Positions 1-13,400 of a stretch of 64,000 nucleotides of DNA are shown here, in pieces. Source of the stretch: Styela clava. Lineage: Eukaryota. Every line of letters starts with the position of its first letter. The first letter of the stretch is position 1. The notes under the pieces are model-generated. The model was not told where the DNA came from. It was given only the letters and a program-made list of their open reading frames with translations, and did no database searches. Position numbers and translations under genes: made by a program. The stretch spans positions 5,518,001 to 5,582,000 of the forward strand of contig NC_135261.1 of the NCBI RefSeq assembly GCF_964204865.1, given 5' to 3'.

Positions 1-2654
1 GAGTTTAATAATAGTGACAAACCTAATACGTATTTGAATACATTTTCAAACAATAATATATACTTATGTTAATACAGACTATCGGGTTTAAACAAAAACT
101 TGAGGAACTCCTGGACTGTAATGGCGGAATGGGGCCGTTAGTTGAAAAGTTTATGCCTATTTGTGTGAATACACACAGTTTCTACCTGAATAAGCACTAA
201 ACCAAATTTGTTAACCAAGCTGTCGAATAGCGTGGTCGAGGTTCATGGCTTTGTAATTCGATCTTTACGATATGTCATGTTATAGCATTAACACGCCTCC
301 AACACACCCACGGGAAGTTATTAATGTTTGATAGAGGTTCAAGTAAAAATCGATATTCAAGTTAAGCCCTTGACGTTTAATATGATTTATAGAATATCGG
401 AAAACACGTCTTGCGTGTACAGAATAAGCTTGCTGATCTATACTCGATTATAAATTATAATGGTTAAATAAACAGAAGAGCGATTCTCAAATATATGGAC
501 ACTAAGGCCACAACGAAGTAGAGTATTCCCGCAATTTGTATACCAGGTTAGGGTCAAGCCTTAATTTTATTTCGATTTTCCTCATTTCAGTTCTATTACG
601 AGTTCGCGGACTGTCTATTTAAGCCAAATAAAAACACTCCCCTGTCCATAGATTTCAGTCCCTTTTCACAACTTAATGTTAATTAGACGAACAAAATTAG
701 CTACCTCCATATTGGTATACACACTTTCGGAGCGCCCGAAGTAGTACGGGTATGCAATCTGTCACGATGGACTACCGGTACCCAAAGCGTACGACTTCCT
801 CTGACCACCAGATTACTTACGCGAAAGCGCGACCGCCACAAGATGTGCAACTTATAATTTCGACTATGTCATCGCACACAAAAAAACGAATCTCATAGAA
901 GCAGAAATTTTCGAATAAATAAAAGTGATAACCGTCTACCGAGAATAATAATCCCAACCACTGAAAATTTCAGTAGTTAAAGAGAAAAGCGATTTTGTCA
1001 TAATGATAAAAATAAATTTCATCAAGAACAACAAAACGAATAGCAGGTTCATTTCGTGCTGTGACATAGCCAGGGGAGAGGGGGGTTGCTAGTCGGACCC
1101 TGTGTGAAATGTAAAAAAAAATAAGCATATATTTGTATCATGAATAGCAATTTTCGTAGCCTGGAACGCTTTTTAGGCCCCTCAAAACTTTTGAAAAAAG
1201 AATATTTTTTCAAACCCGCTAGCTGCTACGGTTTAAATTGGCAATTACAAGTTTCAGACCCCTCCCCCGCCCTTTGCAAAGTTCTGGCTACGGCCTCGAC
1301 AACGCCACCGCATAGGTTACCGACCCTGTTAAGACGAGAGAACGACCCACAGATGACATTATCATTATCTCAATGATCCACCATAAAACCATCATTTTCT
1401 CGTCGGATCTTCCAGCCTGTAATCTTCGTCCATGACGAATTATTATCGCATTTCATCTGTTAGTTCAGGCGTGCGGGTTTTGATGAAAACACAGATGTCG
1501 GGTCGGGAAATTTTTCGTGGATTTGAAGATAAAGATATATAAATTCCAATGAAAAAAAGAAACTTTGGGTTGTTTTCTCTCTCATTAACGTGAAAAAATG
1601 GAGAAAAAAATACTTACTTCATGCTCAATAAAGTTGTCACATAAGTTTTGTCAAAAACCTTAAACTCATTCAATTAAAAGCACAGTTAATGCGAAACAAA
1701 ACATGACTTAAATAGAAATAGGACAATGGGAAATTCTGATAAATAAACTACATTTTATAACATCTCGGTATGTTTTATTCATGTTTACTGCTGTTCTAAT
1801 TTATTCATTTGGCATTTATGAATTTTCATTCATTATGTGTCGACTTGGGCTGGACATTTTTGAATACCCGATGATTTCAGAATCGAATCGAATATTTTTT
1901 TGAATCGAAGCTCGAATACTTGAAAGATATGAAAGGTCCTCCAGACACATCAATTACAGAAAACATAGAATACATCACTCAGGCAGAGTGCTGAGCGTTC
2001 ACACACAATAAAAAATACGTTTTCACCAATAACTCATTACAGAAAAGAGTCATATGTCAGAATTGCGTTGAAAAAATATGGCTTCAAAAAAAATTGAGAA
2101 AATTACCTCGATCATTGGCGAAAAGAAGAAAAAAAAGATGGCGGCGATTCGAAATTTTGCTCTGAATCGATTCGAATAATTCACTATTCGATTCGAAATG
2201 CCCATGCCTAGTCTCGACATGCATTTGAGCCTGAATATCACTCTAAATATTGATCGTTCTACCGGTTGGCAGCGGTTTCTACTTTAGTTTTCTTAATTTA
2301 ATATGTATTTGTTGAAATATATATGTTTCAACACTTTTGAGGCGCAGCTCGGAATAAGGTTGACTACTTTGTTCTAATTGCCATTTAAATATATACATCT
2401 CATGAGAGATCATTAAATAATCATTAAAGTTTTAGAAATACGTTTTCAATATGCAAATTGGTTAGGATGGTTATATATCCACAATCGCTATTTGAATGGT
2501 CTCTCTCCTAGAGGGCTATTGTGCTGTTTTATTTGAAAGTAGGTTTGATTTATTGAAAGGGCAGCAACACGAGACGTGAACCGTCAATCAAGCGCAATGT
2601 ACATATAAAACCTCGTTATTTTATGGATGTGATCAAATTTCGTACATTTCAAAG

Positions 2655-2862
2655 GGTACTTCCGGAGTATGTGTACCATGGTATGGTTAGGGTTAGGCCA
2701 TAATTTTTTTCTAATTTCCCTCATTTTAGTTCTATTACGAGTTCAGGGACTAGCCAAGTGACTCCCGTAGTATTTGTACCTGAAATTATTGCCTAACCCT
2801 AACCTGGTACCCATACTACGTTACGGTGTCCGCCATCTTGGTTCACGTACTTCGGGAGTACC
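2655..2862. mobile_element. Merlin-like MITE
   Basis: Ends GGTACT...AGTACC (GGNRM-type termini) with a perfect 8-bp TSD TTTCAAAG (2647-2654 and 2863-2870). Confidence 0.75.
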
Positions 2863-5357
2863 TTTCAAAGTAGTAATTTCCTGCATTAGAGCGAGGCTTG
2901 TACAACGCTTTGTTAAGGGTGGATAAGATCTTAAATACCACAAAAATATGTTATATCTCAAATTGCAAAATTCTAACTAATGTTTATCCCGTAGGAACCC
3001 CGCACGTAAAATCAAGTTTATTTTTTCCAACCAGTAAAAAAATATCACTCGAGCACAAAACACGAGAAAATGAAAATGACAAAGTTTTACTGAATAAGGG
3101 AAGTCGCGGGAAACCAAAGCTGGTTATCGAGCAGCGACACCCAAGGTTCTAATTAAAAAAAATTGGAATTTTAGAATTTTCAAACTATTGATATTGACGG
3201 CGAGTACCGTACGAATGATCTAACTAACAGTCCAACACCGCTTATCACATGGTATATTAAAAAGTCATACCACCAAAGGGTCGTTTTAAGTGCCTTCCTG
3301 TTTGCTATTCGAGTTTAAATCTTCGGTCGTGAACTGCGATTTCCGATTTGCCACATTATGGTTCTGATATCATGCTGTTGTCAGTAATTAGAGTCAATCG
3401 CATCCCAAAGGGAGCAACTAACAAACCAAGGTCAATTATTTATGCATTAAACATCGCTGGAATGTGTTTTTCTGAGAAGATCGTTGTCTTGTTTGTGTCA
3501 CATAATGTCTCCTGGGTAAGGTAAGCTGGGATATCGCTCGTTATCGAGTAACGGGCTTGTATTAACGATCTATATCAGAGCTGCCCAACCTGTGGCCCGC
3601 GGGACTCATGCGGCCCGCTATGTAAATGAGTTTATAAGAAGACATTTTAAATTTTTAGTATCGTATTTAGGCTAAAGTATGTTTCGTGATTTTGGCGTGA
3701 TTGTTTCGGCCATCTACATCCAAATGTCGGTTCTTTTTATCACGCATGTATCAAGTCTTGCGCTCTGGTGGACATCGATATTTGAGTGTTTTATTTTTCG
3801 CGGACCTGCGCGTATTGTTCGACAAACTCGAAAGCTACTGTGCGATCAAGACGCTGAGGAAAATTATAAGAATTAACTTGCAACCTAAAGCTTGTTGTTT
3901 TGTTTGTGTCACATGAAGTCTCCTGGGTGATGTAACCTCGGAAATTGCTCGATATCGAGTAACGACCTTGTATTAACGATCTACTCAAATCCGCATTTGC
4001 AGATGTAAAATGTAACGTCATTATACAATATGAAATCGAATCCTATAGGGCCCACATATTTTCAAAATAAAGGAAAAGTAATAGCCTTCTAGCGAAAACA
4101 ACCAATGAAAATTTAAAGAGAAAGGCAAGTTCTAATTGCCAAGTAAGACCAACTAGCGGGTAGTGAAATCGCGGGAGAAAGAGATAAAGCTCAACAGTGA
4201 CATCAAGCGACATAGTAAACATTAATAATGACGTCATAAATATCTTCTTACATTCTGTTATCTAACATTACACAACAATACCCAATTTATACATGCTTTG
4301 GAATCTGTACTTGTAGTATGTTGTAATTTATTAGGTAACCACCTGTAGGCAGCCGATAATGACTGTTATTTCTCAATAGCTTGATTTTAATATTGTAAAT
4401 AGTGTCTGCTTATCATGATAAAAAAATTTCCTTAGGGATCGGTCGACCTCGTTATCCTTGTAGTCTTGCCCGCCCTTTCGTTTATGATTTATAATCAATG
4501 TTTTCTTTTCAGTGATGCAATGTGCACTTTAATGATATTAGAAAATAAGTCATCATCTATCTAACCGCCCAAACAGGCGACTTTATCATTAGACGAGTTA
4601 GGCTGAAGCCTAGAGGCCTCAATATTAAATTTTATTATTATTATTATTATTATTTTCAGGTCGTTTCTAAATTATAAAAGTTTGTTTCAGAATAAAAGCT
4701 GTTTGAAAATTTTATAAAACTGATACTTGCTTAATTTTTTAATTGGATCCAGAATTCCTGCCCCAAGTATTTACCGTTTAAAAGGTTAAAAGACATAAAA
4801 TATGGTCGACTATATGAATTTGTCTAAATTTAAAAATTCCTACGCTTTCTTCTTGTTTATGACGTCATAATACATTTCACGGGACGTGGAAAATACATAG
4901 AACATGACGTCATACTGAATTTAAAAGACGCCATTGTTAAAGACGAATAACGTGGCCTAAGGCCTCTCATCATCGTAATCCTGCGCTGCCCCCAACCGTA
5001 ATTACGTAAACAAGTTATATTGTTTTTATTTGACTAATTGCTAAATAAAAGTTCTTAATTATGAATGACAGTTAAAGGCACCAAAACATTGTATAAACAG
5101 TGGAATGAGACAATTTAATTATAGACGAATCTTCTCCAGCACAGTTGATCAGAAACATAAAAAATAAAGCATGAAAACGGTTTTGTATCGTAATTGCACT
5201 TCAAACTGAAAGAAATGAAATTACCAAGCGGTCATTCAGTTACACGCACAGAGGTTGATGTTTCGTTTATGGCCGGGGTGTGCAACCCAGATAGAAATAA
5301 CCGGGTGAAACCGCTGGCCGCACCGTTATTTACCATAGGCTATCTAGTAATTGCAGG

Positions 5358-5546
5358 CAGTGGTGGGATTCAGCCGGTTCGCACCGGTTCTATAGAACCG
5401 TATCACGGAATTTTATGAGATCAGCAAACCGGTTAGCATTACTGGTTTATTTGCTAAAAAAAATATGACTTTTGTAACAAAAACCGGCTAAAAAGTATGA
5501 CTTTTCTGATGGAACCAGCTGACAAAATATTTGAATCCCACCACTG
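5358..5546. mobile_element. hAT-type MITE
   Basis: TIR CAGTGGTGGGATTCA and perfect 8-bp TSD ATTGCAGG. Second copy at 11638-11818. Confidence 0.8.
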
Positions 5547-7486
5547 ATTGCAGGCACAAACTTTTGGTATTGATCTTGTGACATGCGTTGTTTACACAAG
5601 CTAACTGTTAAGGCATTGTGACGTCATATGCATAGTTATTAAATTGGACTCCGGTATAGTCTTTGCAACGCGAAGGGGTTGGAATCACTCGCACGTAATA
5701 AATTAAAACTTCTTTTCGCGGCCACCACATCGTTTAAAATTAGCACTTCTCCGCGGGCAGTACCTTTTTTCCTTGACGTCGAATTTGGTACGCGGGTCGC
5801 TGGTTTATGAAATTACGAGATAGTAATTATTCTCTTATCGACGAAAGCAAAAATTCTACATGAATACAATGCAGTGGGTGAAAAACACTTGTGGGAAATT
5901 CACTTCAATTTGTTTGACTAATGCTTAAAAAGGTAATAATATAATTGCACAACCCTGATTACTCTGTTATATTCACTGAAGCGATGGTTCCCAGCCTCAG
6001 TTGTAGGGAGGGGCCCACAATACTATGAGACAAATTGATTTCAATTACCTTCAACTTCATAGCCTTTAGTTTGTTTTGGCATAAAAAGCGGAATAAAACA
6101 TTGGTAAATACACAATCGACGTAAGTACCTGGCTTTTATGAACGGTGGACAGGGGGACACGAGCGCTAAAAACCTCTGGATTTGGGCCACAGGCCATACA
6201 AGGTTGGGAACCATAGCTCTAACGTAAAACACTTTTTATAAAAATAATTAACAATATTTTTCATTTCTAATGTTAAAATAAACATTTTAAAGAAAAAATA
6301 ACACATACGAATAGTGAAAAATTAGGAACATCTGTTTTATTTTAACAATTTATAAGAAGAAAAAATACAATATTGTTCAAGTTCCTGTTAAAAAACAAGC
6401 TACCAAACGGTTTTCATTGGCTATTTTTGTAACCTTTCAAAAAAGCAATAACGGCATCAATAAAATTGGACAACGATAGTGTCGCAACAAGACGGTTATC
6501 TGACATTATTTATAAGTTCCAATAAATAACGCCATATTTCAATTGAGGGTTGGGAAACACGGATATAAGCGGGCGAAATAGCCAATGGCTTGTAACTTTA
6601 ATTGATACACATTCCAAATATCAAACTTCTAATATTGATTGAAAATGATGATATATAGGACGACGTAAATATGGATAGAAAAAAGGAGTACCATAATTGA
6701 CACAAGTTAAAGTGAAAGCGTTTTGTATTGAATCGCGAGCAGCGCTGAATTAACCAATAAGCAAGTGCTCAGGGCACTAATTGGGGGGGGGGCACAAAAA
6801 TTTCCATAGACAATTTTTCAATAAAGTTCCTAAGTAGACTAGCATCTTAAATTCCTCTACCAATGTTGCAGAGTAATCGTAACTTGCCCTTAATTAGTAA
6901 TGAATATTAAAATTTACTTATTCAATTTCGGTTCAACAGTTTTATTATTATTTTTTTTTGTATATAGGTCACCAAAATCGCAAGTGCTTAGGGCCTCCAA
7001 AGGGAATGAGTCAGCCCTGACTGCGAGGGTAGAATATATATATCGTTTATCAAGATATCTTTTACTGTTTAGTTTGCGCTTCATATGTACCATAATTATT
7101 TGCAGGTTTTCAAGAGGAATTCGCAAAATTTAAGGCCAGTTAGACCTAATAGGGCAGCCAGCCCAAATTTTTCTTTTGAGTGTGCAATGACGTTACACCA
7201 CGCCTACTCAAGCCTTTCGTTCAGAACAAGGCTGGATAACGTTGGATTTGGGGGGGGGGCATGGTGGGAAGAAATCATCGAAAAATGTTGGGAACCACCG
7301 AGTTAGACAAACACCTCCTTTTCGAATGCCAGTCTTTTTTTACGTTAATCATGCCGTTGGTTTTTTTAATACATGACCAAAGGCACCATACGGTAGTACC
7401 GAAGACCTCATTTATTTGGCGAACAACTTATTTTTCTCATGTTGATTGTCCTTTCGGGTCTTGCTTCAACCGTTGCCCATATACGA

Positions 7487-10400
7487 TCAAGTTTCGTATG
7501 GCAACTTAGGATATCTTGAATACATATAACTTAAACCGTATATTTTAACGTTGTAAATCATAAAATCAAATATATGCATCTCGTCTGTAGACACGTAATG
7601 AAATGTGATTGGATAATTAGAACTGCACTCTGGGCCCTGTAAAACAGATGGTGGAAAATCTTAATTAAATAAAAGTTTTAAATTGAGGTAGGCTATGCCA
7701 CCTATTGGAGTGCCGGATATTTATTTCTGAAAAAGGGGTGCTATGCCCAACATATAATCATTATATTCTGTTTACAATGTATATATTTATTGTTAACGTT
7801 TCATCCATTCATCTATGGCAGGTGTAAGCAACAGGCAGCCGGCGGGCCACAACGCGGCAAGCCAAGCCATTTAGTGTGGTGTCAACAATCGGTTTTTTCC
7901 CCACTAAGCATAAAATCCTAATCCGATGGTTTGTATATAAAGCGTTTACATGGTCGAAAATTAAAAAAAAAATTTGCCCTTGTGCCCGTTCTGCCCAGTG
8001 ACTTACTTACTGGAAAGCTAAAAGATAGCCGCATTCTCTGGTATATAGTCTTTGGAATCCTTCCATGAGTCCCATATTGGTGCCTTTACCAACCGAGGTG
8101 GTGTTATAGTCTGAGAATCTGCAGAGACATACCATCTGCATCTGAGATCAAATAACTGGCTAACTAATCCCAACATGAGCTGGAGACTTGACGAGAGGCT
8201 GTGGTTCGCTATTATAAGAGAAGAGCTTATGAAAATACCGTGAATCCTAATTCTGTATCGTAAATATGATTTATATCTTTGTCTTAGACCAAAATACACA
8301 TACCAAACTGTCTGCACATCAATTTTTAACAAAATTGGAAGTCGGGTATAACGAACTAAAACGAAAAATATACAAATATCTTACCAGGCATGTTGGATAA
8401 TAATTATATTTCCAAAACCAGTTATCAGGAGGTATTGATCCAGGTTTCAGATGATGCATCGGCCCAAGAGGATGAAAGGTCTCTCGATGATCTGCGTCCC
8501 TAGAATCTCCAGCTATCACTCCAATTTTCTCCATACATCTTCCCATTTCGACATCTTCGACCCCTCCACCTTTTGGACACTTTTTTGTTTCTATCCCTTC
8601 GACAAACCTGCGAGTTTTAAGTGTTACACTTTTAGACAGTGGTTATCGAATTTTTTAAGCCGCGCCCCCCTTTTAGAAAATGAGTCTCGCGCATCAAAAA
8701 TAACTAGCTAACATGAAGCTATAAAAATAACAGGTAGTAAGACGAAAGTACGGTATGTTAGAAAGAAAAAAATGTAAATAAGAAATGTAAATATTCAATA
8801 TAAGGCGGGCAAGATTAAATCTGACAAACATTTTTAATTAGATTCACGCCCCCACTATTTGAGAACCACTGTTTATGGATGTTTCCTAGAGAATGTGAAG
8901 CATTAAAGATATGTTTTGACCGATTAACAGTGTAGTGCAGTGGTTCCCAAAGTTGATTGACCGGGGGACAAATTAATAGCGGAATATTATTCGCGGGCCA
9001 AGAGAGTGGAGCACACACAAGGAGCCGATACCGGTATAATTGAATTTGTTACGAATATACACGTGTACGGGCCATATTAAGTCGTTTCGCGGGCCATAAT
9101 TAGCCCGCCGGACGCGGCTTGGGAATCACTGGTGTAGTATACGAGTATATATATAAATGAGCGTCAATTCTCAGAATTAGTGAATGGGATAAGCTATTGC
9201 CGAGAAGATTCTCGGATAGAAACGTGCACAGTTGTTGTTATGAATACACAGAATGTGGTTATAGTTTCAGGAATTCTATTAATTATTCCCTTTCATAAAC
9301 CATTTGCACGAGATACGGAAACCACAAGTCTTTCGGTTCTCGACAAAATGTCTGTAGTCTTGTTTAACATAGAACTATAGCAAATTTAACCGTTAAGTAC
9401 TTAGTTGACATAGTAAACAAAGAGAGCAATGCTCCAATATATGGACATGGGCACGAAAGCCAAACACGAAGTAGTACGGGCATTCAATCTGTCAAGAGCA
9501 TACTACTCTTCACTAACGCGAAACCCCACAAGGTGCTTAATTTTTAATTCAGATGAGGTCATCACACAAAGAACGAATTCCTTGAAACTCACAGAAAGTT
9601 TTGAAATAAATAAAAGTAATAGCCTTTCAGCGAAAAATACAATATTTAACCACTGAAAAATTTCAATACATGTGATACAGTAGTGTAAATTCTTTATAAA
9701 ATAAGAAGAAAAATACCAACAAGGACAGCAACATGATAAAAAAACGATCCATAGGTACATTTCGTGTCCAACTTTTCTCATCATGATTAAGAATGATTGG
9801 AGGAAAATCACGAATGTGTAAGCACAGACAAACCCGAGCTTAAATTTTTGAATTTTCCGATTGTTTCGAGATAATTGAAAAAGGATGCAGTGAACAACAA
9901 AATCTCTATAAATTCAACCGATTTTGTACCACTTCAAAATCGATTTTAATGAAACAATACGCAGTGCAATATCCTTGTACGGTTGGGGATATATTTGGAA
10001 ATTTTGAAGAGGCAACGTTTTCTATGCGGCATGGTATATTACAGGTTAGTTACCTTCTTACAGCATCATTACTTAGCACGTATCCAGCACCTCCACTCAT
10101 GTAACCTTGATTAATGAAAGGCTTGAATTTTCTACCAAAGAAAAGTGGCTTCTTCGGATCATAATCTTTCAAAAGAAACCTGCCAGAATAATGAAAAACG
10201 TTTTGAAAATTCAAATATTCACATCCATAACACAAATCGGTAATATTTTTTTCAACAGGGGTCATTACAGTGGTTTTCAGCCTTTTGTGGTTCGCGGTCT
10301 TTTTCCGGAGGCTTTCGTCACTCATGGCCCCCCTGTCTACCGTTCCGAAAGTTCGGAGTATTCGAGCCTAATATTTAGCATTGTTTATGGTATACAAGAG

Positions 10401-13400
10401 AGCTATGCTCAAATATATGGACACGTAGCGCCACCCAGTGGGAATAATTTTGATGACGTCATAGCAAAATAAAAAGCAATAGCCTTCTGGAGAAAATTTT
10501 ATCTTCAACCACTGAAAATTTCAAAGCAATTGGTCCAGTATTCGAAGAGAAAAGCGATTTCTTCAAAACGTGTCAAAGAACAAGGACACTAAGAACAACA
10601 TAATATTGAAACGATCGCTATGTCCACTACGTGTCCAATAAGAGCACACTAAAGACAAAAATGTCAGAGTTATTGTGATTCTGATTGGTGGATTCTAAAT
10701 CCCATTCTGATTAAACAATTTATACACAAGAAAGAGAAACCGCCCTGTGGCTGAAAATAATCTTTTCAGATGGTGAAAACAGGAGGATCTACTGACTAAC
10801 TGAGGGGGAAAGTAAACAAAAAAAAATTGCCTCAGAATCAATTTGGCGCCTACCGGTGTGTTTCCTTTTAAACTGCCTCATGGCACCCTGGGATGGTTGG
10901 GAATCGTCTATTGTTCTCTGTGACACATGCATGTTATTATGACTGCAGAAATGCCAGTTAAAACATATTATAAGCAACACAAAACGACATACCATGTTTT
11001 ATCAAACGGGTTAAAATTACTCCATGCTGATACCTAGTGGAGTAATTTATAATGATGGTAAGGCGAGACTAGATTTTGTTCATTTTTGTTATTCTATCTG
11101 TTTACATTATCTTAGCGTCATGTACATACGGAAGTATGCGACTTCTCTATCTCCACCGGAGTAGATTCCACTATTCTTGACCGACTCCGAGCACCTCTGT
11201 TCACGTGACCCGATTGCACAATCCCTACCCTATGACTGCCGTGGAGGCTGATCGTATTTGGGGTTCTTTATTTTATCTTACCAATCCGTGCGTTTATATT
11301 ATGTTATTAAAATCTTTACTTAAGCTATAAATTTGTGTGGCAGATGGCGTTACAAACTTGCTTGATTAGGTATGATCTAATCGCCAAGTTCGTAACGCCA
11401 TCTGCCACACGGTAACTTTACCTCACCTCAAGTTTTCTACAACCAAGTACGTATCGTCGTCAGCTTTCATAAACCAGTCTGCTTGATCTTTGTAATGTTC
11501 CCAGGCGTATTTGTACGCTTCTTTCGTCTTTTCATACAATTGGTCTCGACCTTCTTTCACAGGAAGACCGACTGCAGGAAAATTCTTAACGATAAAAGAG
11601 TAAAATACTTTATTTTTGGACACGAAACGGACTTATGCAGTAGTGGGATTCAGACGGTTCGCACCGGTTCTATATAGGACCGTCTCACGGAATTTTATGA
11701 GATCAGCGAACCGGTTAGCATTACTGAAAAAAACATGACTTTTTGTAACAGAACCGGCTGAAAAATATGACATTTGTGTGATGGTACCGGCTGACAAAAA
11801 ATTTGAATCCCACCACTGGACTTATGGACTGTTGTGCTCTTGATGGACGTTTCCCCGACCTTTGGCCCCCGAAAGATTCCTCCTTATCTTTATCATTGCA
11901 AAATTTTCAACGCGGATTTCAAGAGTGTTTTGGAGAGTTGGGGTGGTTACTATTGGTTGCTGTGAAAACCGCTTTCCTCATAGGCAACTGCAATATTGCG
12001 CTAGTAACTTGACTTTTTTATGGATAGTTGTTGGATAGTTGTACACGCTGTTGTTAAAAATCGACTTTTCTCGGAAAGTAATGACCTGGTCGATTTAAAA
12101 TTTCAGTGCCTATATATTTAAGCATTACTATCTAGCTGTTAAATAGGATTCATATTTTAATTGTAAACCTGCGTATCATTCTTCAAATCATTGTAAGGAA
12201 ACGCATTTTAGGGCTAATGACTAATACAGGACGTAACTCAGGAAGCCGTATTTACATGTACGTATCCTGTACTTATTGTTGACGTGTTAAATTAATATTA
12301 ATCCGTTTTTTCTGACACGTGTCATAGAACTAACAAATCGAAAGCGAGCAAATTATCAAAACTTCGTGATGCAAGTTACCTGACTAATTTTTATAAAGCA
12401 TATTTTTAATAAAAAAAAAAGTTTATGCGGAATTGAGGAAATGTCTTTCTCAATGTCTTCCTCGGTACAGTCTATTGTCCGGTAACTCTATTATTTCTCA
12501 CGAACCCTGATGTCCATATTTGTATTGTGTTGATACATTTTTGTGCTTCTCTGTATGCTATTTACTAGACCTTTGATTTAGACAATTTATGACCGAGTCT
12601 GACTTCGACCACCAATTACCCGTGCGAGAGAAAATATATCTCTTTCTCCGGCCGTTTGGCTGGGGGTCGGCTGCATTTTGTTGTGCTCTATTGTGGCTGT
12701 TTTGAGTGTTGAATTGTGCCGTACAAGAACAAACAATTCAAAATTTTTAGTCTTCTGACTTATTTACAACGACAATAGCAAAAAGTAAACTGTGGCACAT
12801 CTAATACTCCAAAGGGACATGAGATTGTTTAACATTTGGGATTTTGAATTGATATACATATATATATATATATATGCTCTCAGTCTATATTTCAATCGCC
12901 TCTTTCATGGAGAGCCGTTGGTAGGGCCGGCCTAAGCTAGGGGTAGGGAAATTACCGCCCGCGGGCCGGTTCCGCCCCACCGAAGTGTTTCATCCGGCCC
13001 ACCTATGCCGGCGCAATATAGATGTGGGAAACGATTTCCTAACGCTTCGTCGATTAGCTCATTTGACAGGCCCAGTACATTCACTCTATTATTAGTTAAT
13101 ACTTCGAGCGACAGACCCGAACTGAAAAACAAATCTCAATGATCGAGCGATCGCAAATGTCAAAGGTAACGCCTTGAGCAAACACCTTTTTGCGGTATCC
13201 AAAGAATACGTGCCAGTACACGACATTTATTTTTTTACATCTAGATAACATACGCACTTCGCATTGAATGCATGCATTTGTGCTGCATGTCGGATACTAG
13301 ATGTACCATCTTTTATTTTTATGAACAGTGATTTATAAATGTTCCCAACAAAAGTTTCGTTTGCTTTGCCCAACTCGGGTGTCGCTGCTCGATAACCAGC

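Noticed and set aside
8018-8332. 104-aa ORF, alternative C1GALT1 exon, or LINE RT fragment
   Set aside because: In-phase inclusion gives an immediate stop; half of it overlaps a SINE-like repeat on the other strand; the resemblance to a CR1 RT tail is too weak.
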